Source: Eledone cirrhosa (Eukaryota). Taken from it: a stretch of 64,000 nt of DNA. Positions 1 through 13,465 of this stretch are shown here, piece by piece. The stretch covers positions 375,100,001 through 375,164,000 of the forward strand of contig OZ024741.1 in assembly GCA_964016885.1 (NCBI GenBank). Direction: 5' to 3'. The stretch's first letter is position 1. Every line of letters begins with the position of its first letter. Position numbers and translations under genes: made by a program. The notes under the pieces were generated by a model. It saw only the letters and a program-made list of their open reading frames with translations. It was not told where the DNA came from and made no database searches.

Positions 1-30
1 TACCCGAGCAACGCCGGCTACCTCTGCTAG
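1..30 (+). mobile_element. Helitron 3' terminus (element continues left of window)
   Basis: CCG-AGCAACGC-CGG hairpin followed by CTAG (27-30) and then T; near-identical to the end at 13439-13466. Confidence 0.7.
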
Positions 31-893
31 TATAAATATATATATATAAATAAACAAATAGTAAAAAGGAAAAAATTCAATAGAAAATGCTGGAGGGATT
101 CTTTCAGTATAATATCAAAACATTTATTTATAAAGTGTGTATTTCCGCATTTAATCGTGGTACCTGTTTCAGAATTACATGCTTTTTCAAAAGCGGAAGT
201 GCAAAGTGAAGTTAAGCTGCATATTTATACGAATAATAATAAAATGTGGAAGAAACATTATTAAGTCTTTACATACATATTTAGAGAGGAAAGTTCATGT
301 TTCTGTCCGAGGTTATCCTTCATTCTCTGTTAGTTGGCTAACCGAGGTGGTAGTACTCTTATTTTTAGTGTGGATGAAAACTCTATTTTAGTTTCAATCT
401 CATTTTAGCTTAAACATATTTAGCTAAAAATTTCGGCTAATGAGGGAAACTATATGCGATCATAAGATTCGCTAAAAAAAGCAGCCAAATATTTCTCAAA
501 ATATATTTATTAGCTAAAGCGTTGGTATCTTTTAAATTGATACCCAGTATTGTGCCTAGCAAACACATCTTACAGTCTCCATGTTTACATCGCCACAAAT
601 GTATACTAAGGAGGAATATTTACAATCATAACTGTTGAGTGTTTTGTTATCTAACCTTGCCGTGCCAAACCTACGATAGATAGACTCAAGGTACCTCTTA
701 AAAATCTGCAATATAAAAGCCTGCTTAATGTTTCATCAACAGTACCAACAATCGACCAAATACGTTTATAACAGCTAGCAATACTCATTACATCAGCCAT
801 TTTACCTCATGGGGCTCCTTCTTCAATCATGATGTTAGAAGTTCTGACTTCATATGAAATATACTGTTTTATATATATATTATATCATATTGT

Positions 894-1025
894 AGGTGAT
901 GAATTGGCTAAGTCGTTAGAACGTCGGATAGAATGCTTTTCAGTTTAAATCCCGCCGGAGTCAACTTTGCCTTTCACCCATTCGAGGCCGATAAAACATG
1001 TACCATTCGAGTACTGGGTCGAGTT
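894..1025 (+). mobile_element. degenerate tRNA-derived SINE
   Basis: A-box-like TGGCTAAGTCGTTAG, B-box-like GTTTAAATCCC and the core CTTTGCCTTTCAC...GATAAAA...GTACC shared with other copies. Confidence 0.7.
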
Positions 1026-1099
1026 TTCTTCACATATCTCTTTCTCACTTCCATTCTCTGACTCTATCTATCCTTCTCTCGAAGAAATCTACTATATTC

Positions 1100-1704
1100 A
1101 GACCTGGAGAAAGATGAGCTCTGCCAGGTTTAAAAATGCCCTAGAAAGGCCGTATGGCAATACGGTGCCCCTACGATTTCCCTTGGACTTATGGGATCAT
1201 GAATGCATAATATATTGGAGGCATATTATACTGAAAGGAAGAGAAAACAGTTTCAGGAATTGATGGAAGATTGCAACAGAAACACACACAAAAACAATCA
1301 ACTTTTGCTAAAACCTTGCCCTAGAGTAGAAGTTTAGCTTGTTCTATTTTATTGTTTTGCTCAATAAAACATTCTAAAATAAATAGATTGTTTTAATATT
1401 TTAACATTATTCTTTTTCTTCTTTCGAGGTTGATGATAAAAAAGGTACCAGTCTAGTACTGGTGTCGATTCTTTCTCTCTATTTCTTTCTCTTTCTATCC
1501 TTCTCTTCAAGAAATCTGCTGGAGAGGAGACGGATTCCGCCATATTTTTTTTAAATGTCCCAGAAACGCTGTATGTCAATATGGTACCTCTACGACTCCA
1601 CCATGAGTTATGGGATCCTACCTTCTTCTTCTTCTTCTTCTTCTTCTTCTTCTTCTTCTTCTTCTTCTTCTTCTTCTTCTTCTTCTTCTTCTTCTTCTTC
1701 TTCT
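1100..1704 (+). repeat. two diverged copies of a ~100-bp LINE/SINE-like 3' tail (1100-1200, 1518-1620), the second ending in (TCT)n 1622-1704
   Basis: shared CTGGAGA...AAATG.CC.AGAAA.GC.GTATG.CAATA.GGT.CC.CTACGA...TTATGGGATC. Confidence 0.5.
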
Positions 1705-2785
1705 AATCCGCCCCCAGTACTTTACTGGTTCTTCATTTTATTCACTGTGAATGACTGAAAAATAAAATATTGACCAGTATAACTTGAACTTAAAACTTAA
1801 ACGACCATAACTAAATGCCGTGGGCGTTCTGTTCCAATATCTATCACTGCTGTTAATCCACCTTGAGAAATACACGAATATCACTACCTACAATTTATTT
1901 CTTTAATAACACTTTAGCTTCACGTCTATATATGGGTGTTTTAATACACGAATATGATTTAGTTGACTTTGTTTCTAATAACAGCTACGACTACACCAAC
2001 TTATAATATTTACATAAGATCTATATACTCTTCAATATCACTTGACCCGCAGCACACTCCTTGGGGTTTTCTGATAGCTCCACCACTTCAGATTTGTACT
2101 TCCGGTTTAGATTGGATTTCTAATGAAAAATGCTTACCTAGTATTGTTCGTTTTTGCCAACTGTCCACGTGACACGGCTCCTATTTATTCAATAGCTTTT
2201 CTCAATTCATCTTTTACGATCCCGACCTTAACTTCTTTTAATATTTTCTCCTTGTTCTATGTAATGGCGGTGATAATAACGCCATTATCAGTTACTACGT
2301 GTGTGTGTGTGTTTGAGAGTGTGTGTGTGTGAGCGTGCGTAGGGAAGGGGATGCTTTCTTTCGCCTCGCTGCACGTGCGGGCTCCTCACTAAACCAAGCT
2401 CACTAAAGCGCTTGTCATGGGACGTGACGTCACAGATCGATTCCACGACGAATGTTTAGTGAGGAATGGTTGCTATGCATTTCTTCTTTTACAACGAGAT
2501 ACGAATCGTTTATTGTCACCTCCCCACTGCCTCACAACAGAACCAGAAAACCAGATGACGCCCGGAAAGAAATTCCTTTAAGACGACTTAAAAATGCATG
2601 TGTATTCTGTAAACAGAGACAAGTAGTAAGGTAAATATGAGACGGTCAACTGATGGCCATGACAGGCGGAGCTAGTGATGGTGACAGATGCGATATTAAA
2701 AACTTTACTGACAATACTTTGCAAAGGACTATTATAATAGCTTGGAGGTAAAAATGAGGGATTCTACAGTAAATAGAGGATATCG

Positions 2786-3223
2786 TTGGTAGCGGATGTG
2801 GTGGTGATAGTTATGGTGGTGGTGGTGGTGGTGGTGGTGGTGGTGGTGGTGGTGGTGGTGGTGGTGGTAGTGGTTATGATGATGCCGTTGGTAGTGGTAG
2901 CGGATGTGGTGGTGATAGTTATGGTGGTGGTGGTGGTGGTGGTGGTGGTAGTAGTTATGATGATGATGATGCCGTTGGTAGTGGTAGCGGATGTGGTGGT
3001 GATAGTTATGGTGGTGGTGGTGGTGGTAGTAGTTATGGTGATGATGATGCCGTTGGTAGTGGTAGCGGATGTGGTGGTGATAGTTATGGTGATGGTGGTG
3101 GTGGTAGTAGTTATGGTGATGATGATGCCGTTGGTAGTGGTAGCGGATGTGGTGGTGATAGTTATGGTGATGGTGGTGGTAGTAGTGTTATGGTGTTGGT
3201 GGTGGTGGTGGAGGTGGTGGTGG

Positions 3224-3277
<54 letters not shown>

Positions 3278-3598
3278 CGCCGTTGGTAGGAGTAGTGGGG
3301 ATGGTCGTGGTGGTGGTGGTGGTGGTGGTGATGGTAGTGATGAAGGTGATGGTCGGGGCTATGATGATGATGATGCCGTTGATAGTGGTAGTGGATGTGG
3401 TGGTGATAGTTGTGGTGGTGGTGGTAGTGGTGGTGGTGTTATGGTGGTGGTAGTGGTGGTGGTGTTATGGTGGTGGTAGTGATGGTAATGGTAGTGGTGT
3501 TCGTGATGATGATGCTGATGAGGATGATATGCCGGTGGTAGAAGTGGTGGCGGCGGTGATGATAATGCCGTTGGTAGTGGTGGTGGTGGCGGTGGTAG

Positions 3599-3629
<31 letters not shown>

Positions 3630-4593
3630 ATACCGGTGGTAGTGGTGGTGGTGGTGGTGATGACGATGCTATTGGTAGTGGTGGTGGCGGTGGTAGTGAT
3701 GATGATGATGCCAGTGGTAGAGGTGGTGGTGGCGGTGGTGATGATGCCGTTGGCAGTGGTGGTGGTGATGGTAGTGATGAGAGTGGTGGTGGAGATGGTG
3801 GTGGTAGCGATGATGGTGGTGGTAGTGGTTATGATGATGATGATGTCGTTGGTAGTGGTAGTGGAAGTGGTGGCGGTGGTGGTGGTAGCGATGATGGTGG
3901 TGGTAGTGGTTATGATGATGATGATGTCGTTGGTAGTGGTAGTGGTGGCGGTGGCGGTGGTGGTGGTGGTAGTGGTTATGATGATGATGATGATGATGTC
4001 GTTGGTAGTGGTAGTGGTAGTGGTGGCGGTGGAGGAGGTGGTGGTAGCGATGATGGTGGTGGTAGTGGTTATGATGATGATGATGATGATGTCGTTGGTA
4101 GTGGTAGTGGTAGTGGTGGCGGTGGAGGAGGTGGTGGTAGCGATGATGGTGGTGGTAGTGGTTATGATGATGATGATGATGATGTCGTTGGTAGTGGTAG
4201 TGGTAGTGGTGGCGGTGGAGGAGGTGGTGGTAGCGATGATGGTGGTGGTAGTGGTTATGATGATGATGATGATGTCGTTGGTAGTGGTAGTGGTGGTGGT
4301 AGCGATGATGGTGGTGGTAGTGGTTATGATGATGATGATGATGTCGTTGGTAGTGGTAGTGGTGGTGGTAGCGATGATGGTGGTGGTAGTGGTTATGATG
4401 ATGATGATGATGTCGTTGGTAGTGGTAGTGGTGGTGGTAGCGATGATGGTGGTGGTAGTGGTTATGATGATGATGATGATGTCGTTGGTAGTGGTAGTGG
4501 TGGTGGTAGCGATGATGGTGGTGGTAGTGGTTATGATGATGATGATGTCGTTGGTAGTGGTAGTGGTGGCGGTGGAGGAGGTGGAGGTGGAGG
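2786..4593. repeat. compound (GGT)/(GAT) triplet repeat with 60-75-bp higher-order units
   Basis: units recur at ~75 bp (3960-4240) and ~60 bp (4240-4560); V/M and T/I ORFs are by-products. Confidence 0.95.
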
Positions 4594-4900
4594 AAAGGAT
4601 ACGAACTGACACTATCACAAAAGGATTTATATTAGTAATTACAAGAGTAACATAGAACTGAAATGACTGTAAAAGTCATTTGGAGTTTAGTTGAGACAAC
4701 TCTGATGTCCACACAGATCTAATATTGTCATAGAATTAGTCACAGCTTTGAGATTACTTTGGGATAAACTGAACATATTGAAATACTTCTTAATAACATA
4801 CAACATATTATTAAGGTATATATATATGTATGTATATATATTGTTATACTTGGGGAGGGTCATATTGTTGTAATAATATTGCCAGAATTAATTGCCGTTT

Positions 4901-4947
<47 letters not shown>

Positions 4948-4949
<2 letters not shown>

Positions 4950-5150
4950 CGAAGGAATTGTGGTAAGGAACCAGATGGACCATAACGCACCAGAGTACTC
5001 AATACTTAGGGTAGTAGAGTGGGTAATAGGAAAAGGTATGACCTCGACGGCAGAGCTCAAGCCGTTTTGACGGCTATTTCTGGACTACTAGTCCAGAAAT
5101 AGCTGTCGAAACGGCTTGAGCTCTGCCGTCGGGGTCATACCTTTTCCTAT
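4948..5150 (-). mobile_element. fold-back Penelope-like terminal fragment in (TA)n, containing the 3' half of a hammerhead
   Basis: inverted arms 5026-5150; CGAAACGGC-TTGAGCTCT-GCCGTC = GAAA, stem III, GUC; homologues at 14675 and 57711. Confidence 0.65.
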
Positions 5151-5282
5151 ATATATACGCATACACACATATATATGTATATATCTATATATCTATCTAT
5201 ATATAATATCTATCTATATATAATATCTATCTATATATAATATATATAATATAATTATGTAATATAGAACATAAGACAATTA

Positions 5283-5355
5283 TTCCATTTACCAAAGGTT
5301 TCACGAAGACAGACGAGCTCAACAGAGACGTCCGAAATCGCTCATCAGAATGAAA
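5283..5355 (-). ncRNA. type I hammerhead ribozyme
   Basis: minus strand: TTTCATT CTGATGA GCGA-tttc-GGACG..CGTCT-gtct-TCGT GAAA CC-TTT-GG TA AATGGAA; stems I, II and III all pair. Confidence 0.8.
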
Positions 5356-5399
5356 ATGTAATATGTATGTGCGTTTGTGTGTCTGTATGTGTTGTGTGT

Positions 5400-5452
<53 letters not shown>

Positions 5453-5809
5453 GACACACAACCCATGCAAACACACAAACGCACACACATACACACACAT
5501 GTATATATCTTTAGATCCTAGGGTGCTGGGTTGTTAGAATTGGCAAGACATCGGATAAAACGCCACAGCCTTTTATCCTCCCAGGGGTTGATAAAATAAA
5601 GTACCAGTAAAATACTGAGAGTGATTTACTCAACTTTACCCTTTCCCCAGATTTGTGCCTAAATTAAAAATCAATACTTTTGATCCATATATAGACAATT
5701 GTAATAAAGAAAGTTGAAATTGTCATCCGAGTAATAATTTGTCAGATTAAAAAGTATGATAAACTTATAAGAGAAATAAGGAAATATTACAGAATTAGTC
5801 AAATAGTAC

Positions 5810-6970
5810 ACTAATAATTGTTTCTACTTTTGGCACAAGGCCAGCAATTACCTAGTGTATTACTGGTACTTTATTTTATCGACCCCGTAAGGATGAAAGG
5901 CAAAGTTAACCTCGGCGGGATTCGAACTCAGAATGGCAAGGGCCGTAACTCTATGCGTCAAAGCATGGCGCCCAACCCTCTACCGATACTGCCAATCTAA
6001 TAATGGTTTCTTATATAGGCACAAAGCCAGCAATTTTGGGGGAGGGGAAAATCGATTAAATCGACCCCAGTACGTTACTGGTGCTTTATTTTATCGACCC
6101 CGTAAGGATGAAAGGCAAAGTTAACCTCGGCGGGATTTGAACTCAGATCATAAAGGGCCGTAACTCCATGCTGCAAACCATGGCGTCCGACTCTCTACCG
6201 ATACTGCCAATCCACCACCCTCAAATAGTACACTAATAATGGTTTCTGATTTAGGGACAAGGCCAACAATTTGTGGGAGGGGAAAGTGGATGAAATCGAT
6301 CCCAGTGCATATTGTCCGACGCTCTACAGATACTCAATGGTTCAAATTTAGGTACAAGGCTAGGAATTTGAATTCAGAACGTAAAGGGCCATGACACAAT
6401 GCATTTTGTCGGATGCTCTGATGATTCAGCCAATCCACTGTCATCAAATAATTGTTTCTATTTTTGGCACAAGGCCAGCAATTCCCCAGTACATTACTGC
6501 TGCTTTATTTTATCGACACCGTAAGGATGAAAGGCAAAGTTAACCTTGGCGGGATTTGAACTCGGACCTTAAAGGGCCGTAACTCAATGCTTCAAAAAAT
6601 AATACAATAATAATGGGTTCTGATTTTGGCACAAAGCCAACAATTTGGTGGAAATGGACCCTAATGCGTTACTGCTACTTTATTTTATTGACTTCGAAAG
6701 GATGAAAAGCAAAACTAATCTACCAAGGATTTGAAATCAGAACGTAAAGGGCCGTAATTATATGCCGTGAAGCATGGTGTTCGACGCTCTGCCGACTTAT
6801 AATCTCTCCCCCTCCCCACCCCACCTAAATAGTACACTAACAATGGGTTTTAATTTAGGCACATGGCCAGGAATTTGAACTCAGAACGCAAAGGTCCGTA
6901 ACTCTCTGCCGCAAAGCATTTTGTCCGAGGCTCTAATGATTCTGCCATTCCACCGCCACGAAATAATACT
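5810..6970 (-). mobile_element. tandem cluster of about six tRNA-derived SINE copies or fragments
   Basis: repeated GGCACAAGGCCAGCAATT...TTTATCGACCCCGTAAGGATGAAAGGCAAAGTTAACCTCGGCGGGATTTGAACTCAG (reverse-complement B box). Confidence 0.85.
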
Positions 6971-8017
6971 CTAATAATGAAGAGTAAGCCTCTGCGTAGC
7001 CACTGGATGTGCTAGAAATAGCCACCAAATTTCCCTCATGTCACATCCTACTATCTGCACAATATATTAACAGGCCAAGTAATCAAGTTCGTCTGTGGGT
7101 AACATGCAAATAAGTAACTAATTAAACATGTTACTACACACAAAGCAAGGAATTTGTAGAGTTAATATACATGGAATGATTGTTGTTGTTTCGCCCAAGG
7201 TCATTTCCAAACAAGCAGTCTAATGATCAAAGGTATTCCAAACATGACTATCTTATTTATATTTCCAGATATTATATATCTAGAGCTACACTATACAATG
7301 CCTTTGCCTTTTAATGATAGTCAGTTGTGATTTAGCTGCTAATTCTAAAGGGAAATGAGACGTTGCATATGCTCTTGCGTAAAGTTATTAATAGGTGTGG
7401 AAATACCACATGAGAATATAAAAATAAACAACTTTCAAATATACATATAATTACATATAATTGTTTCTACTTTAGGCACAAGGCCAGCAATTACCCAGTG
7501 CATTACTGGTACTTTATAATGTTTAGATATTGACATATTATTTACGAAAGTAGATCATAGTCAGGCGTTTGAATATTTAAAGACAAACGATGAAAGTAAT
7601 AAAAAGCTAAAAAATGTAAGTGAAAACCGGGCAAGAATATTTAATACGAGGCATATGATCAGTATTGAATCAAGGCGGAGTTTACATTAGGTTTACAGGT
7701 AAGCAGTAAAACATTAAAGGTATGTTAATAAATTATTAAGATAATTAATACTAAATAATCGGTCTATGATATGCGTATGTTTGAACACGAAATAATGAAT
7801 AATTAATGACAGAATAAATAATTAGACAAATAAATAAGTGCATTAATGAGACACAATTCCTAATATACATAACATAGAAATCAAAGAATGACACTATGTT
7901 TACTATGTGTAGGCTATGTAATAGGATTATTGTGATTAGAATAGACAATAAAATCACAAACGTGACCTGTTATGAATAATATATAACGTGTGTTTTTAAG
8001 AAATATCCGTCTCAAAG

Positions 8018-8230
8018 GGTGGTGGATTGACAGCATCGGTAGAGCGTCGAACTAAATGCTTTGTGATATTTAGTTATGACTTTCTACGTTCTGAATTCAA
8101 ATCCCACCGAGGTCAATTTTGCTTTTCATCCTTACATGGTCGGTAAAATATAGTACCAGTTAAATACTGGCGTCGATTAAATTGACTTTCCCCTTTCACA
8201 AAATTATTGACTAGTCAATGTTAGAAAGAA
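8018..8230 (+). mobile_element. tRNA-derived SINE
   Basis: A box TGACAGCATCGGTAGAGC, B box GAATTCAAATCCC, shared core. Confidence 0.8.
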
Positions 8231-8926
8231 AGAAATATCCATCTCACCATTTTCTGTTGCGATGATTGCTACTGTTTTTTATTTTAAGTTTTATTTGAAT
8301 TGGTCACGATGACTTAAATTTATAGATAGAACTAAATGGAACTGTATGATATTCATGGCTTATTAGGGCGAATGCACTTCTGTAGAGATTAGTTTCAACG
8401 TGTGCGGGTTTTTTTTATTAACTCAGACATACGTTAAAAAAAGGAGCGACGTTGGTTTGGTGGAATCAATTATATTTGGAGGTCAGTCTGTAACTGAGGA
8501 ACAATTTATAGTCCCCTCATTTGGCATGCCACATGTTGAGACACCTTCTCTAGCGACAACCTGGAGCAGTAGGCTACCAGCCCAGGTTTCGTTGCCCGCT
8601 AGACCAAAGAGGACGAATTGTCTAAGTATCGGTCGCTATCTGATAGGTTTGTGATTGAGCCTGTACCAGGGAAGACTTCTGGCGTTCTTGGCCCCCGGAC
8701 CACATCCATACTGACTGCTATTGGAGCGTGGAGTGGCTGCTCCAGCGCGTCCCTCCCGCCATTCTCAGGGGCAATGTCTTCTCCATCATGTCGGCCGGGA
8801 CCACGAGCCGGACTGTCCTTTAAATTTCACGATGGTTTCATATGAAGTATACACTACCGAAGAACTTGTGGTCACCACTCATTTATGTTGGAGCTCACAG
8901 AAGAGAGTGAGACAGAGGGAAAGAGA

Positions 8927-8964
<38 letters not shown>

Positions 8965-9439
8965 CAGAGGAAAAGGAGAGAGAGAAGGAACTTATATATG
9001 GGAGGTCAAGAAGTAGCCGAGAAACAAATATATTGGAGTCAGCAGAAAGTGGAGGGTCTAATTTATGTCGGAGGGCAATCTATAAAGAAGGACCTAAATT
9101 GTGTTGAAAGTTAATGGGAAAGGAATGTTTTACGGGGGGGGGGGGGTAAGGAGAGAAGGAACACATTTATGTTGGAGGACAGAAGATAGTTAGGAATCTA
9201 ATATATATATTTGGAAGGAGAAAGGAGAAAGGAGTGTGGCTGACTGACAAAATTGGTTAAGCAGACCTGTCAACACACCCGTCCGACGGGGAGAACACCT
9301 ACCACTTTGGGGTGGGCGAGAAGATGTCTTCTCTTGTGAAAATAGGTATAACTTTCATTATATAAAATCTTCCTATTTTGCCTCATTTCTCCCCTTTTAA
9401 GGTCACTTTCTTTCATGGTACTCCCCATTTATGTTTTTA

Positions 9440-9655
9440 GAGGTTGGCAGGTCTGCTAAAGTCTCACATAAATGCCATTGCGGTATTTGTTCTGGCTATA
9501 CATTCTGTGTTCAAATCCAACCGAGATCAACGTTGTCTTTCATATTTACTGGGTCAATAAAATAAAGGAACTGTCAAGTTCTGGAGTTGATTTAATCAAC
9601 TTTGCCCTTCCCTCCAAATTTACTGTCCATTGCGCCGAAATTAGAAATCAATATT
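9440..9655 (+). mobile_element. degenerate tRNA-derived SINE
   Basis: GTTCAAATCC B box plus diverged core and tail. Confidence 0.65.
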
Positions 9656-10700
9656 GTAAGTGTTTTCAGACTTTTTTTTAGAAGTTTAGTATTATTAAGG
9701 ATATACTGTAGGAAGGTAACATGTTTATATCATTGAGCCTATGGTAAAACTGGTTTCGTCCTATGCCGACTGCTTACTGCTGGAACTTAATATAAACTAA
9801 GACATATTTTAGAAGCCTAATAACATTGGCTTAACAGCCATATTTGCATATAGAGTTACGGCTGGCTCATCCGGGGATCACACACGCATCATACCAGCAG
9901 ACATGTTTTATTTTCTGTAGCAGCAGCTGACATAAACATTGCGGTCCTCCGATTTCGTGCAAAACCGCATGCCAGATTGAAAGCTGATGGGGTTGGATGC
10001 GGCTTTGGTTCTGTATCGTCTTGTAAGATTTGTAACTTTAATCTCGACTCTTATTGTAACCCTAATCCCACTTGTCTTCCATTCTTTTTTCTTCTTTACT
10101 TCTCACTCCTACGTGCCAAGACACTCCCCTCTCAATCATCAATACATTTCATCTATCTTTCCGTCGCTTCATAGCGATCACTGGCCTCTATTTTCTATCC
10201 CTGGGAGTATATTTACCCAACTTACATACTGTTGTCATTGACAGCATTCGGTTGTTTTAACAGCTGTTCCTTGCGTTCGAGTTACCAACTTATCTCTATA
10301 AATTTCAAATCAAAGGTATCGATGACTTTCGAGGCACCCAATATTTATTTCTCTTTGGTGGCTAGAGCCAGAAGCAAGCAAATCGTTTAAGTGATTTGAA
10401 ATGAGAAATCCAAGCAGAGACTCTCTACAATGATAATAGCGTCAGAAAACCTGGTAAAAGACCCATAGGGATAGAAAATAAGTGGTCAATAGCCTCTGCA
10501 GGGAATCGAAATCTGAATATCTGCCATTTGGCAAAAAGGTACCGCACTTGGCCAGAATCAAGAGTTACGGAGTTCGATTCTCTGTAGTGGCTGCTGGCCA
10601 CTTATTTTCTGATCCTAAGGGTATTTTAAACAATTATCCTACGTTAATATCATTGTAGAAAATCTGTGTTTGAATTTAAATATTTCTAATTTAATGTTTA

Positions 10701-10734
<34 letters not shown>

Positions 10735-10738
<4 letters not shown>

Positions 10739-10974
10739 CTCAGAGGAGACTGACGTTAGCTGGACATGCTCACCGACATCCAGAGTTGACATTGCATTCA
10801 GTGCTCCTGTGGGAGCCCCTACACACGGGAAGAGGAAGACCAAAGTTAACGTATGTTGATGCCCTAAGGACAGACACTGGTCTGTTGCAGACGCAGGACA
10901 TGGCAGCGATAATGAGGGACAGAGACCTCTGGAGAGAACTCGTCCATGGATCTCGGGAATTTTACCCGCCCTAG
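10735..10974 (+). pseudogene. 3' end of an RTE/RTE-X-type LINE ORF inserted in (TA)n
   Basis: RRLTLAGHAHRH...LLWEP...GRGRPKLTYVD...RDLWRELV resembles the RTE-group C-terminus. Confidence 0.75.
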
Positions 10975-11053
10975 AATATATATATATATATATATATATT
11001 AAACACTAGATTAGAAATATTTAAATTCAAACACAGATTCTCTACAATGATAT

Positions 11054-11106
<53 letters not shown>

Positions 11107-11384
11107 GATATTATATATATATATATATTATATATATATAGGCATCTATTTTTGAAGTTCTAGTTAAACTTTATTTAGTTACCTACCTAGCTATGTGTGC
11201 TTACACACTTTTACAAATTATCCCCTGTGATTGTTTCATATGTTTATTTTAGATATATTTATATGTCAATCAATTTCTAGTTGATATAAAATGCTCGGAT
11301 CTATTCATTGGAATCTTGGAGCGTATTTTACGGGTGATATGGCGCATGTCTATCTGACATGACACCCTTAATTTAACTTAAATT

Positions 11385-11418
<34 letters not shown>

Positions 11419-11423
<5 letters not shown>

Positions 11424-12256
11424 AGATAAGCAGAACAAGTAAAATTCAACCAATTTTACAAAATAAATCAAAATTAATCAAAATTAAAAAATATAATATA
11501 AATATTCACCTATTCAAATGGCCCTAACTGTACAGTTTCACTTTGCAAAACATTAGATATCACGTAGATATTAATGGAAAAGCAAAGATCATCAGAGAAG
11601 CATTTTCCTATCCTAGGGTTAAAAACCCCAGGAACGACAAAATATATGACCTCACTCCAACTAATACAGGTCTGAAAGGTCGTGAAAGTGACCCATAAAT
11701 ACGTTGGTGTATAGTGAAGGCGGGAAATCGTAGACTAGCCATCTATGATCGCTACCAAAAAAGATTTTTAGGAACTAAATAGAACGACAGGATTTTTCTC
11801 TACATACTGGAGAATATTGAATAAGGTTAATATATATCTGAGGGTACAATGTACCCCCGGAAATATATAGTGTGTCTATGATTTAAGGTGGTTCTATGGT
11901 AATAATTTGATATACCAGAACTTAATATCAAGATAAGCAGAACAAGTAAAATTCAACCAATTTTTCAAAATAAATCAAAATTAATATACAATTAAAATTA
12001 ATCAAAATTAAAAAATATACAGTTAGGGCCATTTGAATAGGTAAATATTTATATTATATTTTTTTAATTTTGATTAATTTTAATTGTATATTAATTTTGA
12101 TTTATTTTGAAAAATTGGTTGAATTTTACTTGTTCTGCTTATCTTGATATTAAGTTCTGGTATATCAAATTATTACCATAGAACCACCTTAAATCATAGA
12201 CACACTATATATTTCCGGGGGTACATTGTACCCTCAGATATATATTAACCTTATTC
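11419..12256 (-). mobile_element. non-coding hammerhead element: ~507-nt monomer, partial tandem repeat and inverted arm
   Basis: TATCAAGATAAGCAGAACAAG at ~11419 and ~11926; 12018-12256 is an inverted copy; (TA)n on both flanks. Confidence 0.8.
11516..11605 (-). ncRNA. type I hammerhead ribozyme with long stem II and palindromic stem III
   Basis: AAATGCTTCT CTGATGA T-CTTTGC..CATTA-ATATC..GATAT-c-TAATG..GCAAAG-T GAAA CTGTACAG TT AGGGCCATTT. Confidence 0.8.
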
Positions 12257-12383
12257 TATATATATATATATAAACAAAGTTATCTCGAATATCGAGTTTG
12301 AAGCGCGAGTGTACTAGAATTCGTAGAATAATTGTTTCTACCTTTTTGGTTTTATAAATATAGTTTCTATTTATTAATATCAT

Positions 12384-12416
<33 letters not shown>

Positions 12417-12419
<3 letters not shown>

Positions 12420-12435
12420 GTATATATATAAAATT

Positions 12436-12501
<66 letters not shown>

Positions 12502-13465
12502 TACCTATAGGGGCCTACATCTTACGACCGATTTTCATGAAAATTTACAGGCTCATAGATTAGTCATCGGGGAGTGTTTTCTATATATCAGCGTATCGTT
12601 TTTTTTTTTATTCCAGGGTCATTCTGCAGACAAAAATCTATAGGAGAAGTCAACTTTTTTTAGGTATCGAAAAATAAGATTTTTGGCTCTAGCTCCCACA
12701 TTTTGCCACCGATTTCGTTCAAATTTTAAAGCAAAATAGAATTTATCATTGCACATCCTGTAATAGCTTTATATTTTGCATTTGTTGTTCAGGGACGGCG
12801 TGGCAGCCGCTTAAATATTCAAAAAATACCACTTTTAGACTCAAATTTCCACCTTTTCGGCTCTAGCTCCCACATTATTCAACCTACTTTGTTCAAATTT
12901 TACACTACGCTAGATCTGATTATTTCACGTCTTAAAGTGGCTTTACATTTTGGATATTTTGTTCAGGAACGGCGTGGCAGCCGCTTAAATATTCGAAAAT
13001 ACCACCTTTTCGCTCAAATTTCCGCCTTTTCGGCTCAAGCTCCCACATTTTTCAACCGATTTCGATCAAATTCGAAACTTCGGCTCCACCTCACACATAA
13101 ATCAATTTATTTGGTTCAACTTTTATACTACGATAGAACCTATCATTGCACATCTTATAGATGGTCAAAGGAAAAACGATGGCTACTGACGTCGTCTGAG
13201 CTTTTAGTTGTGTATTTGAGAATTCATCGGTTTCCAATCAAGTAGCGTGAGGAAATTTGGCTTAGTGTTAGAGGTCATTACCTCCCTCCCCCAGTATGCC
13301 CCTTCGTCAGTCACCCGCGTTTCTCAGTGATAGAGGTCCCCCCCCCCCCGCATGGACTGTTTGTGGCCATAGATGAGTCATCGAGAAGCAGTCGCTAAGA
13401 TCAACACCTTTTCATCAAAGCAGATATTATTTTACCGACCCAGGCAACGCTGGATACTGCTGCTA

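Noticed and set aside
400-850. Possible decayed transposase on the minus strand (also 9850-10260)
   Set aside because: No diagnostic motif or terminal repeats could be read.
2786-4655. Long V/M- and T/I-rich ORFs
   Set aside because: Products of stop-free triplet repeats; no domain or splice evidence.
5810-6970. CRISPR-like or tRNA gene array
   Set aside because: Units are diverged SINE copies without unique spacers or a complete cloverleaf; eukaryotic context.
13228-13312. Minus-strand CTGACGA...GAAA inside the Helitron
   Set aside because: No convincing stem II or stem I pairing.
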